53,213 bases of DNA from a virus (lineage: Duplodnaviria > Caudoviricetes). Below, piece after piece: positions 9,477-16,891 of the stretch. The notes below the pieces were generated by a model, which worked only from the letters and a program-made list of their open reading frames with translations, made no database searches and was not told the DNA's origin. Within the stretch, counting starts at the first letter, position 1. Every line of letters starts with the position of its first letter. The DNA lies in IMG/VR virus record IMGVR_UViG_3300021406_000015, positions 1-53,213 of that record. The stretch is one strand, 5' to 3'. Both the position numbers and the translations under genes were made by a program.

Positions 9477-9560
9477 TGGAGCGGGGGACGGGACTTGAAC
9501 CCGCTTGTCTCACGACGGCAGCTTGGAAGGCTGCTGATCTACCAGTTGATCATCCCCCGC
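9477..9560 (-). tRNA. tRNA-Gly(TCC) with long variable arm
   Basis: GCGGGGG/CCCCCGC-T-CCA; GCAGC-CTTCCAA-GCTGC; V-arm GTC-GTGA-GAC. Confidence 0.85.
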
Positions 9561-9565
9561 AACTT

Positions 9566-9639
9566 TGGTGCTCCTCGCAGAAGTCGAATCCGCATCAACC
9601 GCTAATCGGGCGGTGGTCTTGCCATTAGACGAGAGGAGC
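9566..9639 (-). tRNA. tRNA with GAT anticodon (Ile?), atypical loop
   Basis: full cloverleaf with CCA; loop CC-GAT-TA (C33, U37). Confidence 0.7.
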
Positions 9640-9640
9640 A

Positions 9641-9715
9641 TGGTTCCCCGACGCGGGCTCGAACCGCGATAGACGGCTTACCATGCCGTTCCTCTGCCAA
9701 TTGAGGTATCAGGGC
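9641..9715 (-). tRNA. tRNA-Thr(GGT)
   Basis: ACGGC-AT-GGT-AA-GCCGT; CCA; G1.A72 mismatch. Confidence 0.8.
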
Positions 9716-9726
9716 ACTACTAACCT

Positions 9727-9800
9727 TGGTGCCGGGTGCAGGAGTCGAACCCGCGTGAGATGCTTGTAAGACATCCGATCTACCGTTGATGTAACCCGGC
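9727..9800 (-). tRNA. tRNA-Val(TAC)
   Basis: GATGT-CT-TAC-AA-GCATC; A73-CCA. Confidence 0.85.
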
Positions 9801-9807
9801 GATACTA

Positions 9808-9883
9808 TGGAGCAAGCGAACGGACTCGAACCGCTAATTAAGCCTTCGGAGAGCTTTGTGATCTCCAATTTCACCACGCCTGC
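9808..9883 (-). tRNA. tRNA-Arg(CCG)
   Basis: AAGCT-CT-CCG-AA-GGCTT; A20 present; CCA. Confidence 0.85.
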
Positions 9884-9889
9884 AAAACT

Positions 9890-9965
9890 TGGTCAACCCG
9901 CCCGGATACGATCCGGGAACTATGCTTTAGGAGAGCATTGTGATCTCCAGTTTCACCACGGGTTG
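9890..9965 (-). tRNA. tRNA-Arg(CCT)
   Basis: ATGCT-CT-CCT-AA-AGCAT; T-loop ATCGTAT; CCA. Confidence 0.85.
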
Positions 9966-9966
9966 A

Positions 9967-10042
9967 TGGGGCAGCCGGGGTGAGTCGAACACCCTTTGAA
10001 CGCTTTAGAGGAGCGCCACATAATCCGTTCTGTCACGGCTGC
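9967..10042 (-). tRNA. tRNA-Arg(TCT)
   Basis: GCGCT-CC-TCT-AA-AGCGT (C33); A20; CCA. Confidence 0.8.
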
Positions 10043-10836
10043 AAACTGGTGCAAGCGGAGGCGCTCGAAGCCCCATCCTGAGATTTAAAAGATCTCTGCT
10101 CGTCCTCTTGAGCTACGCTTGCGAAACGCTTCTTTTTGGTACCACAATGCCAATCATCTAGCATTCCCAACTTCTGTGCTTTTCTCAACCCAGGAACCAA
10201 TAACATCCACGCCTCATAAGGCATGTCGCGACGGAAATAATTACACCTGTAACAAGCTGGAACCACATTCATTTTAATGTGACCCCTCTTGTTATCGATT
10301 CTATCGAGGGTCATCATCAATTGGGTTTCGGCACAGTAAGAGCATGGGCGCACGATCAATGCTTCAATGAATTCTCTGTCAAGGTCGTTATCTAGCCCAC
10401 GTTTCTTATCGCTGCGCTGCGAATCTCGCATGATGTACGTAGCCCTATTATTCCTGTCGGCTCTTCGAAGCGCTGCTCGAACAGCACGATCACTACTTAC
10501 TTCAGGGCTCCTTTTTCCGCGTGGAAATCGTTTTTTGTATTCAACCTCGCAATCCCTGCACAAGAAGCGCCGATAATAGCGGTTGCCTTGCTTCTTAATC
10601 GCAAATTCAACTTCAGGTTCACCTTTACCGCATACTTTACATTTGTGAATTTTGCGAGGTGTCTTATCGTGTTCCCGAACATATTCACAATGCTTTTCCC
10701 GATTTGCCTCATACCAACGATGACTATACTCAGTAGTGCATTCTCTACACCAAGGCTGTTTACCGTCTTTTTGGCGACTGTTCGCGTTAAAGTTCTCGTC
10801 TTCACGATACTTCTTGCAGCGATTACAGTATCTCAT
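10033..10836 (-). CDS. HNH homing endonuclease inside tRNA block
   Basis: CxxC repeats; CSYC ... LDRIDNKRGH..NVVPACYRCN; 3' end reads through tRNA-Lys(TTT). Confidence 0.8.
   Translation of the reverse strand: MRYCNRCKKYREDENFNANSRQKDGKQPWCRECTTEYSHRWYEANREKHCEYVREHDKTPRKIHKCKVCGKGEPEVEFAIKKQGNRYYRRFLCRDCEVEYKKRFPRGKRSPEVSSDRAVRAALRRADRNNRATYIMRDSQRSDKKRGLDNDLDREFIEALIVRPCSYCAETQLMMTLDRIDNKRGHIKMNVVPACYRCNYFRRDMPYEAWMLLVPGLRKAQKLGMLDDWHCGTKKKRFASVAQEDEQRSFKSQDGASSASACTSLQP
10047..10122 (-). tRNA. tRNA-Lys(TTT)
   Basis: GAGAT-CT-TTT-AA-ATCTC; CCA. Confidence 0.85.
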
Positions 10837-10866
10837 TTACTTTTAAGAATATCACACACACCAATA

Positions 10867-10941
10867 TGGTGGGTCGCCGGGAAGTCGAATCCCGTCAGGA
10901 TGGGTAAGAGCCATCTATGCTACCGTCAACATCTGCGACCC
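10867..10941 (-). tRNA. tRNA-Lys(CTT)
   Basis: GATGG-CT-CTT-AC-CCATC; CCA. Confidence 0.85.
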
Positions 10942-10942
10942 A

Positions 10943-11036
10943 TGGTAGGGGATGTAGGTGCCGAGCCTACCCGTCGCTCTAGTCCAGAACTTTCAGTGGG
11001 TTATAAATCCACTCCGCACAGCCGGTGCTATCCCCC
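10943..11036 (-). tRNA. tRNA-Ile(TAT) with long variable arm
   Basis: GGGGGAT/ATCCCCT-A-CCA; loop TT-TAT-AA; V-arm GTTCT-GGACT-AGAGC. Confidence 0.75.
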
Positions 11037-11046
11037 ATAAATTCGT

Positions 11047-11098
11047 TTCACGGCGGGATGGCGTTGCACCACCGTCTCTAGGCTAACGCCGCCGTGAA
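11047..11098 (-). ncRNA. small tRNA-like RNA (10-bp stem plus T-like arm, no anticodon arm, no CCA)
   Basis: TTCACGGCGG/CCGCCGTGAA; GGTGG-TGCAACG-CCATC. Confidence 0.55.
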
Positions 11099-11100
11099 CT

Positions 11101-11169
11101 TGGTAGCACGTCTGGACTCGAACCAGTTTACGGCATTATGAGAGCCGCTTCCCGCCTTGGGTACGTGCC
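11101..11169 (-). tRNA. compact 69-nt tRNA with CAT anticodon (Met or Ile2)
   Basis: GGCACGT/ACGTGCT-A-CCA; CT-CAT-AA loop; short D arm, 3-nt variable loop, 4-bp T stem. Confidence 0.7.
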
Positions 11170-11174
11170 TTGAA

Positions 11175-11251
11175 TGGCGAGGGTGGCACGATTCGAACGC
11201 GCAAGTTCGGAGTTGGAAACCGACAGTTTGGCCAGTTAAGCTTACACCCTC
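11175..11251 (-). tRNA. tRNA-Trp(CCA)
   Basis: TCGGT-TT-CCA-AC-TCCGA; G73-CCA. Confidence 0.85.
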
Positions 11252-11270
11252 AAAATTTCAAAGATCCAAT

Positions 11271-11296
11271 AAAAAACTCCCGCCTAAGCGAGAGTC
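11271..11296 (-). terminator. attenuator terminator upstream of tRNA block C
   Basis: ACTCTCGC-TTAG-GCGGGAGT-TTTTT between leader ORF and first tRNA. Confidence 0.8.
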
Positions 11297-11322
11297 ATTG
11301 TGCCGCGTATGCACTCAGACCC

Positions 11323-11394
11323 TCATGACACAACTCCCCAGACCCGCTTGGTCCCGGTCATCGATTTGGAAGTTCTTATCTGCACGAAAACCAC
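11323..11394 (-). CDS. leader peptide C (MVFVQIRTSKSMTGTKRVWGVVS)
   Basis: AGAGGAG RBS, GTG start, 23 codons; codons match the downstream Trp/CAT/Ile/Lys/Arg/Val/Thr/Gly tRNAs. Confidence 0.8.
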   Translation of the reverse strand: MVFVQIRTSKSMTGTKRVWGVVS

Positions 11395-11649
11395 TTTACT
11401 CCTCTTCTATTTTTGACGCAAGCACAATCTTGCAATCTCTTAATTCTTTACATGGTGTACAGATTCCAAGACACCGTGGTCCTGCTGTTTTTCCATCAGC
11501 CCGACATAGATGACCCAATGAAAAGCAGACCGCACACCACACCTGATTGGGTGCCTTCTGCACGTTCTTTTTGTGCATGATCAAAGATACCGCAGAACAA
11601 AAAGAAAGGGTGCCCGAAAGCACCCTTGTTGTATCCAGATTCTGGACGG

Positions 11650-12318
11650 TTATGCGCCAACTGTCTCGCCAAGTGCGGCAAACTCCTTAAAGCATCTTGC
11701 GTCATCCCATCCATCCCGTTTTCTTCTCAAGAGAAGTTCATACTTAATTTTTGTGCGCCTCGACCATTCGGCGGCGCATAATGTTTCACCACGAAAAGTA
11801 AGGAGGACACTATTCCGCTTATTTTGTGCCTGAACTTCAACCGTTGCCCATACGCAATTATCTGGCGCGTAATTTCCGTTTACATCACATCTTTCTATAC
11901 TGTGAGATACACTTGGTTTTCTTCCCATATCAGCTAAGAAATTTTCAAAAGACTGCCAGCGCTCACAAACAATAATGCCACGTCCTCCGTAATGTTTGTA
12001 GTATCTAGATGATGGCTTAGTGCAACGGCTCCTCATCGCAACCCACGCCCTCCACTCTGGAGACGATGGCATACCTATACGCTTGCTTTCGCCATGCCGA
12101 ACTAATGTTTCTATGGTGCGTTCTGTACGGTAGCAGCCACATGACTGCGTATGTCCGTTGAGTAGATTTGCTTGGCGAACGCAAACACTGATACCGCATT
12201 TACAGAGACATTGCCAATACGGTTGCCGACCCCATTTGTTGTTGCGATATAGGGGACCACTAACGGTGGTCAGATATCCAAACGTTTGTTCTGGAGTTAC
12301 TAGTTCTAGCGAATGCAT
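11650..12318 (-). CDS. HNH homing endonuclease (CxCxCG / YGGRGI family)
   Basis: CLCKCG, SCGC, YGGRGIIVCERW, SIER.DVNGNY.PDNC.WAT. Confidence 0.85.
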   Translation of the reverse strand: MHSLELVTPEQTFGYLTTVSGPLYRNNKWGRQPYWQCLCKCGISVCVRQANLLNGHTQSCGCYRTERTIETLVRHGESKRIGMPSSPEWRAWVAMRSRCTKPSSRYYKHYGGRGIIVCERWQSFENFLADMGRKPSVSHSIERCDVNGNYAPDNCVWATVEVQAQNKRNSVLLTFRGETLCAAEWSRRTKIKYELLLRRKRDGWDDARCFKEFAALGETVGA

Positions 12319-12341
12319 AGTATCAATTATAAGAGGAAAGT

Positions 12342-12369
12342 AAAAGGCGCACCACAAATCAGTGCGCCT
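12342..12369 (-). terminator. intrinsic terminator ending the Ro60-like operon
   Basis: AGGCGCAC/GTGCGCCT-TTT. Confidence 0.6.
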
Positions 12370-12385
12370 CTTGTGTTGAATTTAG

Positions 12386-12673
12386 TTATGCCTGTAACTC
12401 GGCAAGTTCCTTCTCTAGAGACTCTCTCTTCTCCTCGCGGGACTTGAGACCTTCCAGCGTACTCTTGATCTCGCGCTTACGTGCCTCGCGACGATCTGCC
12501 ATCCGAGCATCGATTTCACGGGAAATGGAATTCAAGTTATCCGAAACGTACTCCGGCACCTGAACCTTCTGAGCCTCGAACTCGCCACGAAGCATCTTCC
12601 CGAAGGCTGACAGCGCAACTAGCTCTTCGATTTCGGATGCCTCAACATTGAAGTTTTTAAACTCCTGAAGCAT
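12386..12673 (-). CDS. coiled-coil hypothetical protein (possible partner of the Ro60-like protein)
   Basis: strong AAGGAGG RBS before MLQEFK; helical heptads. Confidence 0.7.
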   Translation of the reverse strand: MLQEFKNFNVEASEIEELVALSAFGKMLRGEFEAQKVQVPEYVSDNLNSISREIDARMADRREARKREIKSTLEGLKSREEKRESLEKELAELQA

Positions 12674-12771
12674 GGTTTTCCTCCTTTCCGCCGATCTCTT
12701 GCGAGGATCGACAAAGATGTTCGGGCTTCTCTTGCGCCCCTTCGGACTGAAATTCTTCATGTGGCCTGCCA

Positions 12772-13563
12772 TCATGCACCAACCAATTCTTCGCTCTTAC
12801 TTTTGCGATAGTCTCTCATCGCCTTAGCCCTTGCGTCTTTGCAAACATCGCATCGACAACCGTGATACGAATATGCAGACGATGTTCCGTGTGTGACCAT
12901 TCCGCGCGGTAATAAGTTCGGCGTGGTCAAGGTGTCTTCCAATGTCCATCCATTCTGTATTCGCACAAGAATAGTAGACTTATGAAGCCCTAGTTTTCTT
13001 GCCCATTCGACAACCGGGAGAGTTACATCACCAAACGTCAAATTGATCGTAGAAGACCTATTCTGCGCCTGTTCTCGTTTCGTAGACCACTTACAATTCT
13101 CAGGAGAATACCCTTTTGAGCCATCAACACGATCAATCGTGTGTTGAGGAGTAGGCTTCCGCCCCATGTCACTCAGAAACGTTTCATAGGAATGGAGCCA
13201 TTTATCGCAGACTGTTATACCAACCGCTCCATATCGCAAGTAGCTGGCACTTTGCGGTTTGAGGCATCTTTCTTTCATTGAAATCCAACTCCTATATTCC
13301 GAGGTTGGATGTTTGGACTCTCCGTGAACCAACGGAAAACATTCACTATTGCCCGGTTGTTCGCGCCTCAAACAACCACACGATTTGGAATGGCCTCTTC
13401 GCAGCATCTTAGGTGTTTCAAATTTCCGATTGCCGCAATCACAAAGACATTCAACCACTCCCTGATTGCGTCCTCCGAGCTTCATCATCTGAAGCTCGGA
13501 GATAACAGTCCATTTTCCGAATCGCTCACCCAGCGACACTGTATGCAGTCTTAGTGGATGCAT
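12772..13563 (-). CDS. HNH homing endonuclease with C-terminal HG..S.Y...CRC..C zinc motif
   Basis: CLCDCG, SCGC, YGAVGITVC, TIDRVD..KGY.PENCKW; paralogue of 11650..12318. Confidence 0.85.
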   Translation of the reverse strand: MHPLRLHTVSLGERFGKWTVISELQMMKLGGRNQGVVECLCDCGNRKFETPKMLRRGHSKSCGCLRREQPGNSECFPLVHGESKHPTSEYRSWISMKERCLKPQSASYLRYGAVGITVCDKWLHSYETFLSDMGRKPTPQHTIDRVDGSKGYSPENCKWSTKREQAQNRSSTINLTFGDVTLPVVEWARKLGLHKSTILVRIQNGWTLEDTLTTPNLLPRGMVTHGTSSAYSYHGCRCDVCKDARAKAMRDYRKSKSEELVGA

Positions 13564-15043
13564 TGGTCCCCTTTATGGACGTGAGTACATCGCTCAAGCT
13601 AAGAAGCGGTGTGCTCAATATTTCGTCACATAAAGAATACTGATTAGATCGCAATGTGGCAACTGTATTCGGCAGAGAATAGTAGTCCACCGCACCACGA
13701 CGCAGATCGAACGTGGTCATCTCGATTCCAGCCTGCTGCATCCGTGCCGACAGGTAGTCCGGGTCTCCCGCCAACTGGTAGAAGTACACCGGGACGTCCT
13801 TGTCGATCATCTTCGCGTACTTCTTATATACGTCTGCAAAGTACGGTGCGTGGCCCTCGCCGCCGTCCGAGATGATGGCGATGCCATCGACCTCAGTCTT
13901 CTCGACAAGGAGCCGGTTCAAACCGCAGCCAATGGACGTTCCACCACCAGCGCTGATGTGCTGCGTCGCCTTCTTGATCTGATCGAGCGACGAGCCGGTC
14001 ACTTCCACCGACATCGGAGCCGTATCGAAGAACACCAGCCAGACCTTACCCTTCACGTACTGGGCAAGAGTTGCGGAGACGTGCCGCGAGATCTCGATAG
14101 CGTCACGCATGCTACCGCTCTTGTCGGCCAAGACCAGCCAGTTGCCGTCCGGTCCGCCTGCCGCCGCGATCTGCTTCGCCTGTACTGCGCGGAGCTTGTC
14201 CTTCAAGCCTTCGTCATCGACAGCATCGATAGCCGCAGTCGTCTTCAGCGTGGTCTGCTTGGACGTGGCCACCTTCTTCAGTCCTTCCTCGAAGGCCGCG
14301 CGCAGCGCCGGGTTGGTCTTCATACCCAGCTTCTCTAACATCTTCACGTTGGTCTGCAACTCGGTCGCCGACATGCGCGCCATCAGTGCCAGCACGAGAT
14401 CGGTGTCCTTTGCCTTGGCACCCAGAGCGCCCATGGCGATCAGAAACGGGATCTTGTATTTCGAGATCGCGCCCGCCGCCTCAACCGGTGCCATGTCCTT
14501 CAGGTGAGCAACCACCTCAAAGACACTGCCCTTCGGCAACGGAGCCTTGGTCTTGTCGAAATTGCGACCGTACAGCACGACGTTGGTACGCTCCTTCTCC
14601 GGCTTCGCGTGCGCAAGGGCATAAAGCTCTTTCAGTGTGCTACGGTGCTGTACTGCGAGATGGTCCCAGCCGCGATCCTGCTCCTTCTGGTGAAGATATC
14701 CCTCCACCAACCGGCGAAGCTGCCGCATCTTACCCGGCAACCGCAGTTCCAGAGCAAACCTGTAGGCACGCGCCAACTCGCGCGGTCCCAAGAGAGCAAT
14801 ATGCGCCAGCGAGTTGTCCGCCAGTTCGGCGTCCTTCTCGTAGGCAAGGCCGATGACCGGCAGCGCTACCTTGCTGTCGCGAACCTGGCCATGAGTGCGA
14901 TCCCACGCAATCAGGTGCTGGAAGAACTCGCCTTCCTGTAGGACGGCCTTGAGGCCGATGTCGAGGTACTCCTTGAGAGCACCGTGAGATGACTTGGAAA
15001 GTTCAGCGACGATACGCTGACGTGTTACGCCCTGCTCTGCCAT
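13526..15043 (-). CDS. Ro60/TROVE-like RNA-binding protein with C-terminal vWA domain
   Basis: helical N-terminal region; DKSGSM MIDAS, GGGTSIG, IISDG; about 500 aa; downstream of six Y-like RNAs. Ro60 assignment is inferred from architecture and context; alternative start 15052. Confidence 0.7.
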   Translation of the reverse strand: MAEQGVTRQRIVAELSKSSHGALKEYLDIGLKAVLQEGEFFQHLIAWDRTHGQVRDSKVALPVIGLAYEKDAELADNSLAHIALLGPRELARAYRFALELRLPGKMRQLRRLVEGYLHQKEQDRGWDHLAVQHRSTLKELYALAHAKPEKERTNVVLYGRNFDKTKAPLPKGSVFEVVAHLKDMAPVEAAGAISKYKIPFLIAMGALGAKAKDTDLVLALMARMSATELQTNVKMLEKLGMKTNPALRAAFEEGLKKVATSKQTTLKTTAAIDAVDDEGLKDKLRAVQAKQIAAAGGPDGNWLVLADKSGSMRDAIEISRHVSATLAQYVKGKVWLVFFDTAPMSVEVTGSSLDQIKKATQHISAGGGTSIGCGLNRLLVEKTEVDGIAIISDGGEGHAPYFADVYKKYAKMIDKDVPVYFYQLAGDPDYLSARMQQAGIEMTTFDLRRGAVDYYSLPNTVATLRSNQYSLCDEILSTPLLSLSDVLTSIKGTNASTKTAYSVAG

Positions 15044-15069
15044 GGTGTTCATCCTCCCGTGATGAAAAG

Positions 15070-15510
15070 TTAGGCCGCTTTACTTTTATGCCGTCTTAGG
15101 TACTCAATGGCGCACAACAAATTTTCTTCATCGTCCATAAATAACCCTAGAGCGCAATTACAACGCTGGCATAGAAAACCTCTAAATTTTCCGGTTTCGT
15201 GATCGTGGTCCCACTGAAATCCTTTTGAAGTTGGACCACATCCACAAATCTCGCATACCTGAACCGACTTCTTTGCCTCGCGCCTTTTCTTAGATTCAGA
15301 CGTGGCCCAATATGGCGACTCACCATCCTTGGATTTACGAATTCGACTACCGGTACGCTTCTGCCCCTTAAACCTATTTTCGGCAAGAGAACAAGCAAAG
15401 CGCATCCCTCGGTTTTTCTTCTTGACGCGCACTAGACCACAATGGGCACATTCACCCATCATTGCGTTTTCGTCCACGTTGATTATTTTGTGAATTCGTT
15501 GACCACGCAA
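15070..15510 (-). CDS. endonuclease VII-like HNH nuclease
   Basis: CEIC ... DHDHETGKFRGFLCQRCNCALG. Confidence 0.85.
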   Translation of the reverse strand: MRGQRIHKIINVDENAMMGECAHCGLVRVKKKNRGMRFACSLAENRFKGQKRTGSRIRKSKDGESPYWATSESKKRREAKKSVQVCEICGCGPTSKGFQWDHDHETGKFRGFLCQRCNCALGLFMDDEENLLCAIEYLRRHKSKAA

Positions 15511-15528
15511 GGCGTCTTCCTTTTGTTG

Positions 15529-15640
15529 ACGGGGAACCCCGGTTTTGAGCCGAGATTACCGAGCCGAAGCCCGATTAAGCATGTATCCAACGACAGTGAG
15601 CATTTCTGCTAAGTCGTTTGGAACCTCTTAGGTTCCCCGT
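15529..15640 (-). ncRNA. Y-RNA-like RNA 6
   Basis: ACGGGGAAC/GTTCCCCGT outer stem; internal helix followed by TACATG; UUCG hairpin; T-like arm. Confidence 0.65.
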
Positions 15641-15647
15641 AACTTTA

Positions 15648-15772
15648 TGGCGTTAAGGCTTGCTGGATGTTTACGCGTGCTGCCGCTGCACCACGAGAAG
15701 CTAGGCTTCTCGGCGGGATTCGAACCCGCGTCTCGGTCGCCAAAGGACATGTACCCAACAAAATAAACGCCA
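15648..15772 (-). ncRNA. Y-RNA-like RNA 5 (YrlA topology)
   Basis: outer helix, TACATG, T arm GCGGG-TTCGAAT-CCCGC, closed acceptor-like hairpin, D arm GTGC/GCAC. Confidence 0.8.
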
Positions 15773-15778
15773 ATCTAG

Positions 15779-15899
15779 TGGAGCCGGGTGCTGGAGTTGA
15801 ACCAGCGTGTTCAGGACTATGCGACCTGTGCATGTATCCACTTGGGTTATACGGTTGCCCGTAAAGGTGCTAGTGGCGTTACCGTTTTGCTAACCCGGC
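15779..15899 (-). ncRNA. Y-RNA-like RNA 4 (CCA-ended tRNA with inserted helix)
   Basis: GCCGGGT/ACCCGGC-T-CCA; helix plus TACATG inserted between D and anticodon-like arms. Confidence 0.7.
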
Positions 15900-15907
15900 T
15901 CATCTTA

Positions 15908-16028
15908 TGGTGGAGGGCCTGCGATTCGAACGCAGTAGAGTTACAACCAAATGTTACTCTTTGCCATGTAGCCAAGAAAAGTGTCCGTCGAAACGGAAAG
16001 TCGATCTCGGTTTGTTTTTTAGCCCCCC
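15908..16028 (-). ncRNA. Y-RNA-like RNA 3 (Ala-identity acceptor stem, CCA)
   Basis: GGGGGGC/GCCCTCC-A-CCA with G3.U70; T arm; internal helix plus TACATG. Confidence 0.7.
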
Positions 16029-16037
16029 ACAACTTAA

Positions 16038-16175
16038 TGGGTTGAAGTCTCTCAGGTAGCATCCCTTTCGGGAATGCCTGATTTGAAGTCAGGTGCCTAA
16101 CCATTCGGCTAATTCACCTCACGGTGAATCTTGGATTCGAACCAAGATAACATGTAACCTGAAACGTACAACCCA
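16038..16175 (-). ncRNA. Y-RNA-like RNA 2 (permuted tRNA domain with TCA anticodon arm)
   Basis: outer helix, TACATG, T arm, GTGA-capped acceptor hairpin, D arm, CCTGA-CTTCAAA-TCAGG, GAAA hairpin. Confidence 0.75.
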
Positions 16176-16181
16176 AACTTA

Positions 16182-16305
16182 TTGCGTCAAGACGTTGAGC
16201 GATTCCCTTTCGGGAACGGAATCGGAATTGAACCGACTACCCTCAGATTACAAGTCTGATGCTCTACCAAATGAGCTATCCATGTACGCTCAACAATAGA
16301 CGCAA
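16182..16305 (-). ncRNA. Y-RNA-like RNA 1 (embedded D, anticodon TGT and T arms)
   Basis: TTGCGTC..GTTGAGCG/CGCTCAAC..GACGCAA outer helix; TACATG; tRNA core with only a 3-bp acceptor. Confidence 0.75.
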
Positions 16306-16353
16306 ACTCAAAAACTCTCAAAGAACTTTCTTGGGCCTGAGCCCAACTTCACA

Positions 16354-16382
16354 ACTCTACATCAGTTTCGCGATGCGCGCAA
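16354..16382 (-). promoter_or_regulatory. promoter for the Y-like RNA / Ro60-like operon
   Basis: TTGCGC-17 nt-TAGAGT. Confidence 0.5.
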
Positions 16383-16402
16383 TTAAAATCTGCGCTTTTT
16401 TA

Positions 16403-16481
16403 TGGAAGGGCTGACAGGACTTGAACCTGCTACCTCCGAGTTCGTAGCTCGGCGCTCTCTATCCAGATGAGCTACAGCCCC
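16403..16481 (-). tRNA. tRNA-Arg(ACG)
   Basis: CCGAG-CT-ACG-AA-CTCGG; CCA. Confidence 0.9.
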
Positions 16482-16490
16482 TAAAAGGGA

Positions 16491-16564
16491 TGGTCGGGGT
16501 ATGAGGATTTAAACCTCAGATGCCGCGTCCCAGGCGCGGAGTGTTTTCGCTACACTATACCCCG
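16491..16564 (-). tRNA. tRNA-Pro(TGG)
   Basis: C1-G72, A73; CCGCG-CC-TGG-GA-CGCGG (C33). Confidence 0.8.
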
Positions 16565-16674
16565 ATATTTAATTCCAATTTGCTACTACGGCCACAATGC
16601 ACAAAATCCCAACCAATGCGAGGTAGACGCAGATACTAAATTTTCCAAATGCTTCCAGCGTTTCAATTCTCGAA

Positions 16675-16878
16675 TCACGCATCGCAACCTCGTTTCTCTT
16701 CCTTCACAACATAATGCCGCTCAGGACCATTTTCCGCCGCCGAGTTGAGTACGTCCACAAGTTGACCCGGCTCGATAAATGCAACATCCGGACCCATCGG
16801 ACAAAACGGAAACAGTGCAGCCTTTCGCTTTTCAGACTTGTGATAGCACTCTTCGGTCTGTACGTAAACCTGTGACAT
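16675..16878 (-). CDS. hypothetical protein
   Basis: AGGAGG RBS, 67 aa. Confidence 0.55.
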   Translation of the reverse strand: MSQVYVQTEECYHKSEKRKAALFPFCPMGPDVAFIEPGQLVDVLNSAAENGPERHYVVKEEKRGCDA

Positions 16879-16891
16879 GTCGCCTCCTATA

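Noticed and set aside
9967-10042. amber suppressor reading of CTCTAAA
   Set aside because: The stem pairs only in the register giving CC-TCT-AA, and A20 supports Arg
15908-16028. tmRNA (ssrA)
   Set aside because: The ends look like tmRNA (G3.U70, T arm, CCA), but it is only 121 nt with no tag ORF or pseudoknots, and I found no second piece
16038-16175. tRNA-Sec or functional opal suppressor
   Set aside because: A UCA arm is present, but the acceptor is a closed hairpin with no CCA and no Sec-type fold
16182-16305. ordinary tRNA-Thr(TGT)
   Set aside because: Only a 3-bp acceptor and no CCA; embedded in the TACATG helix, so treated as a Y-like RNA
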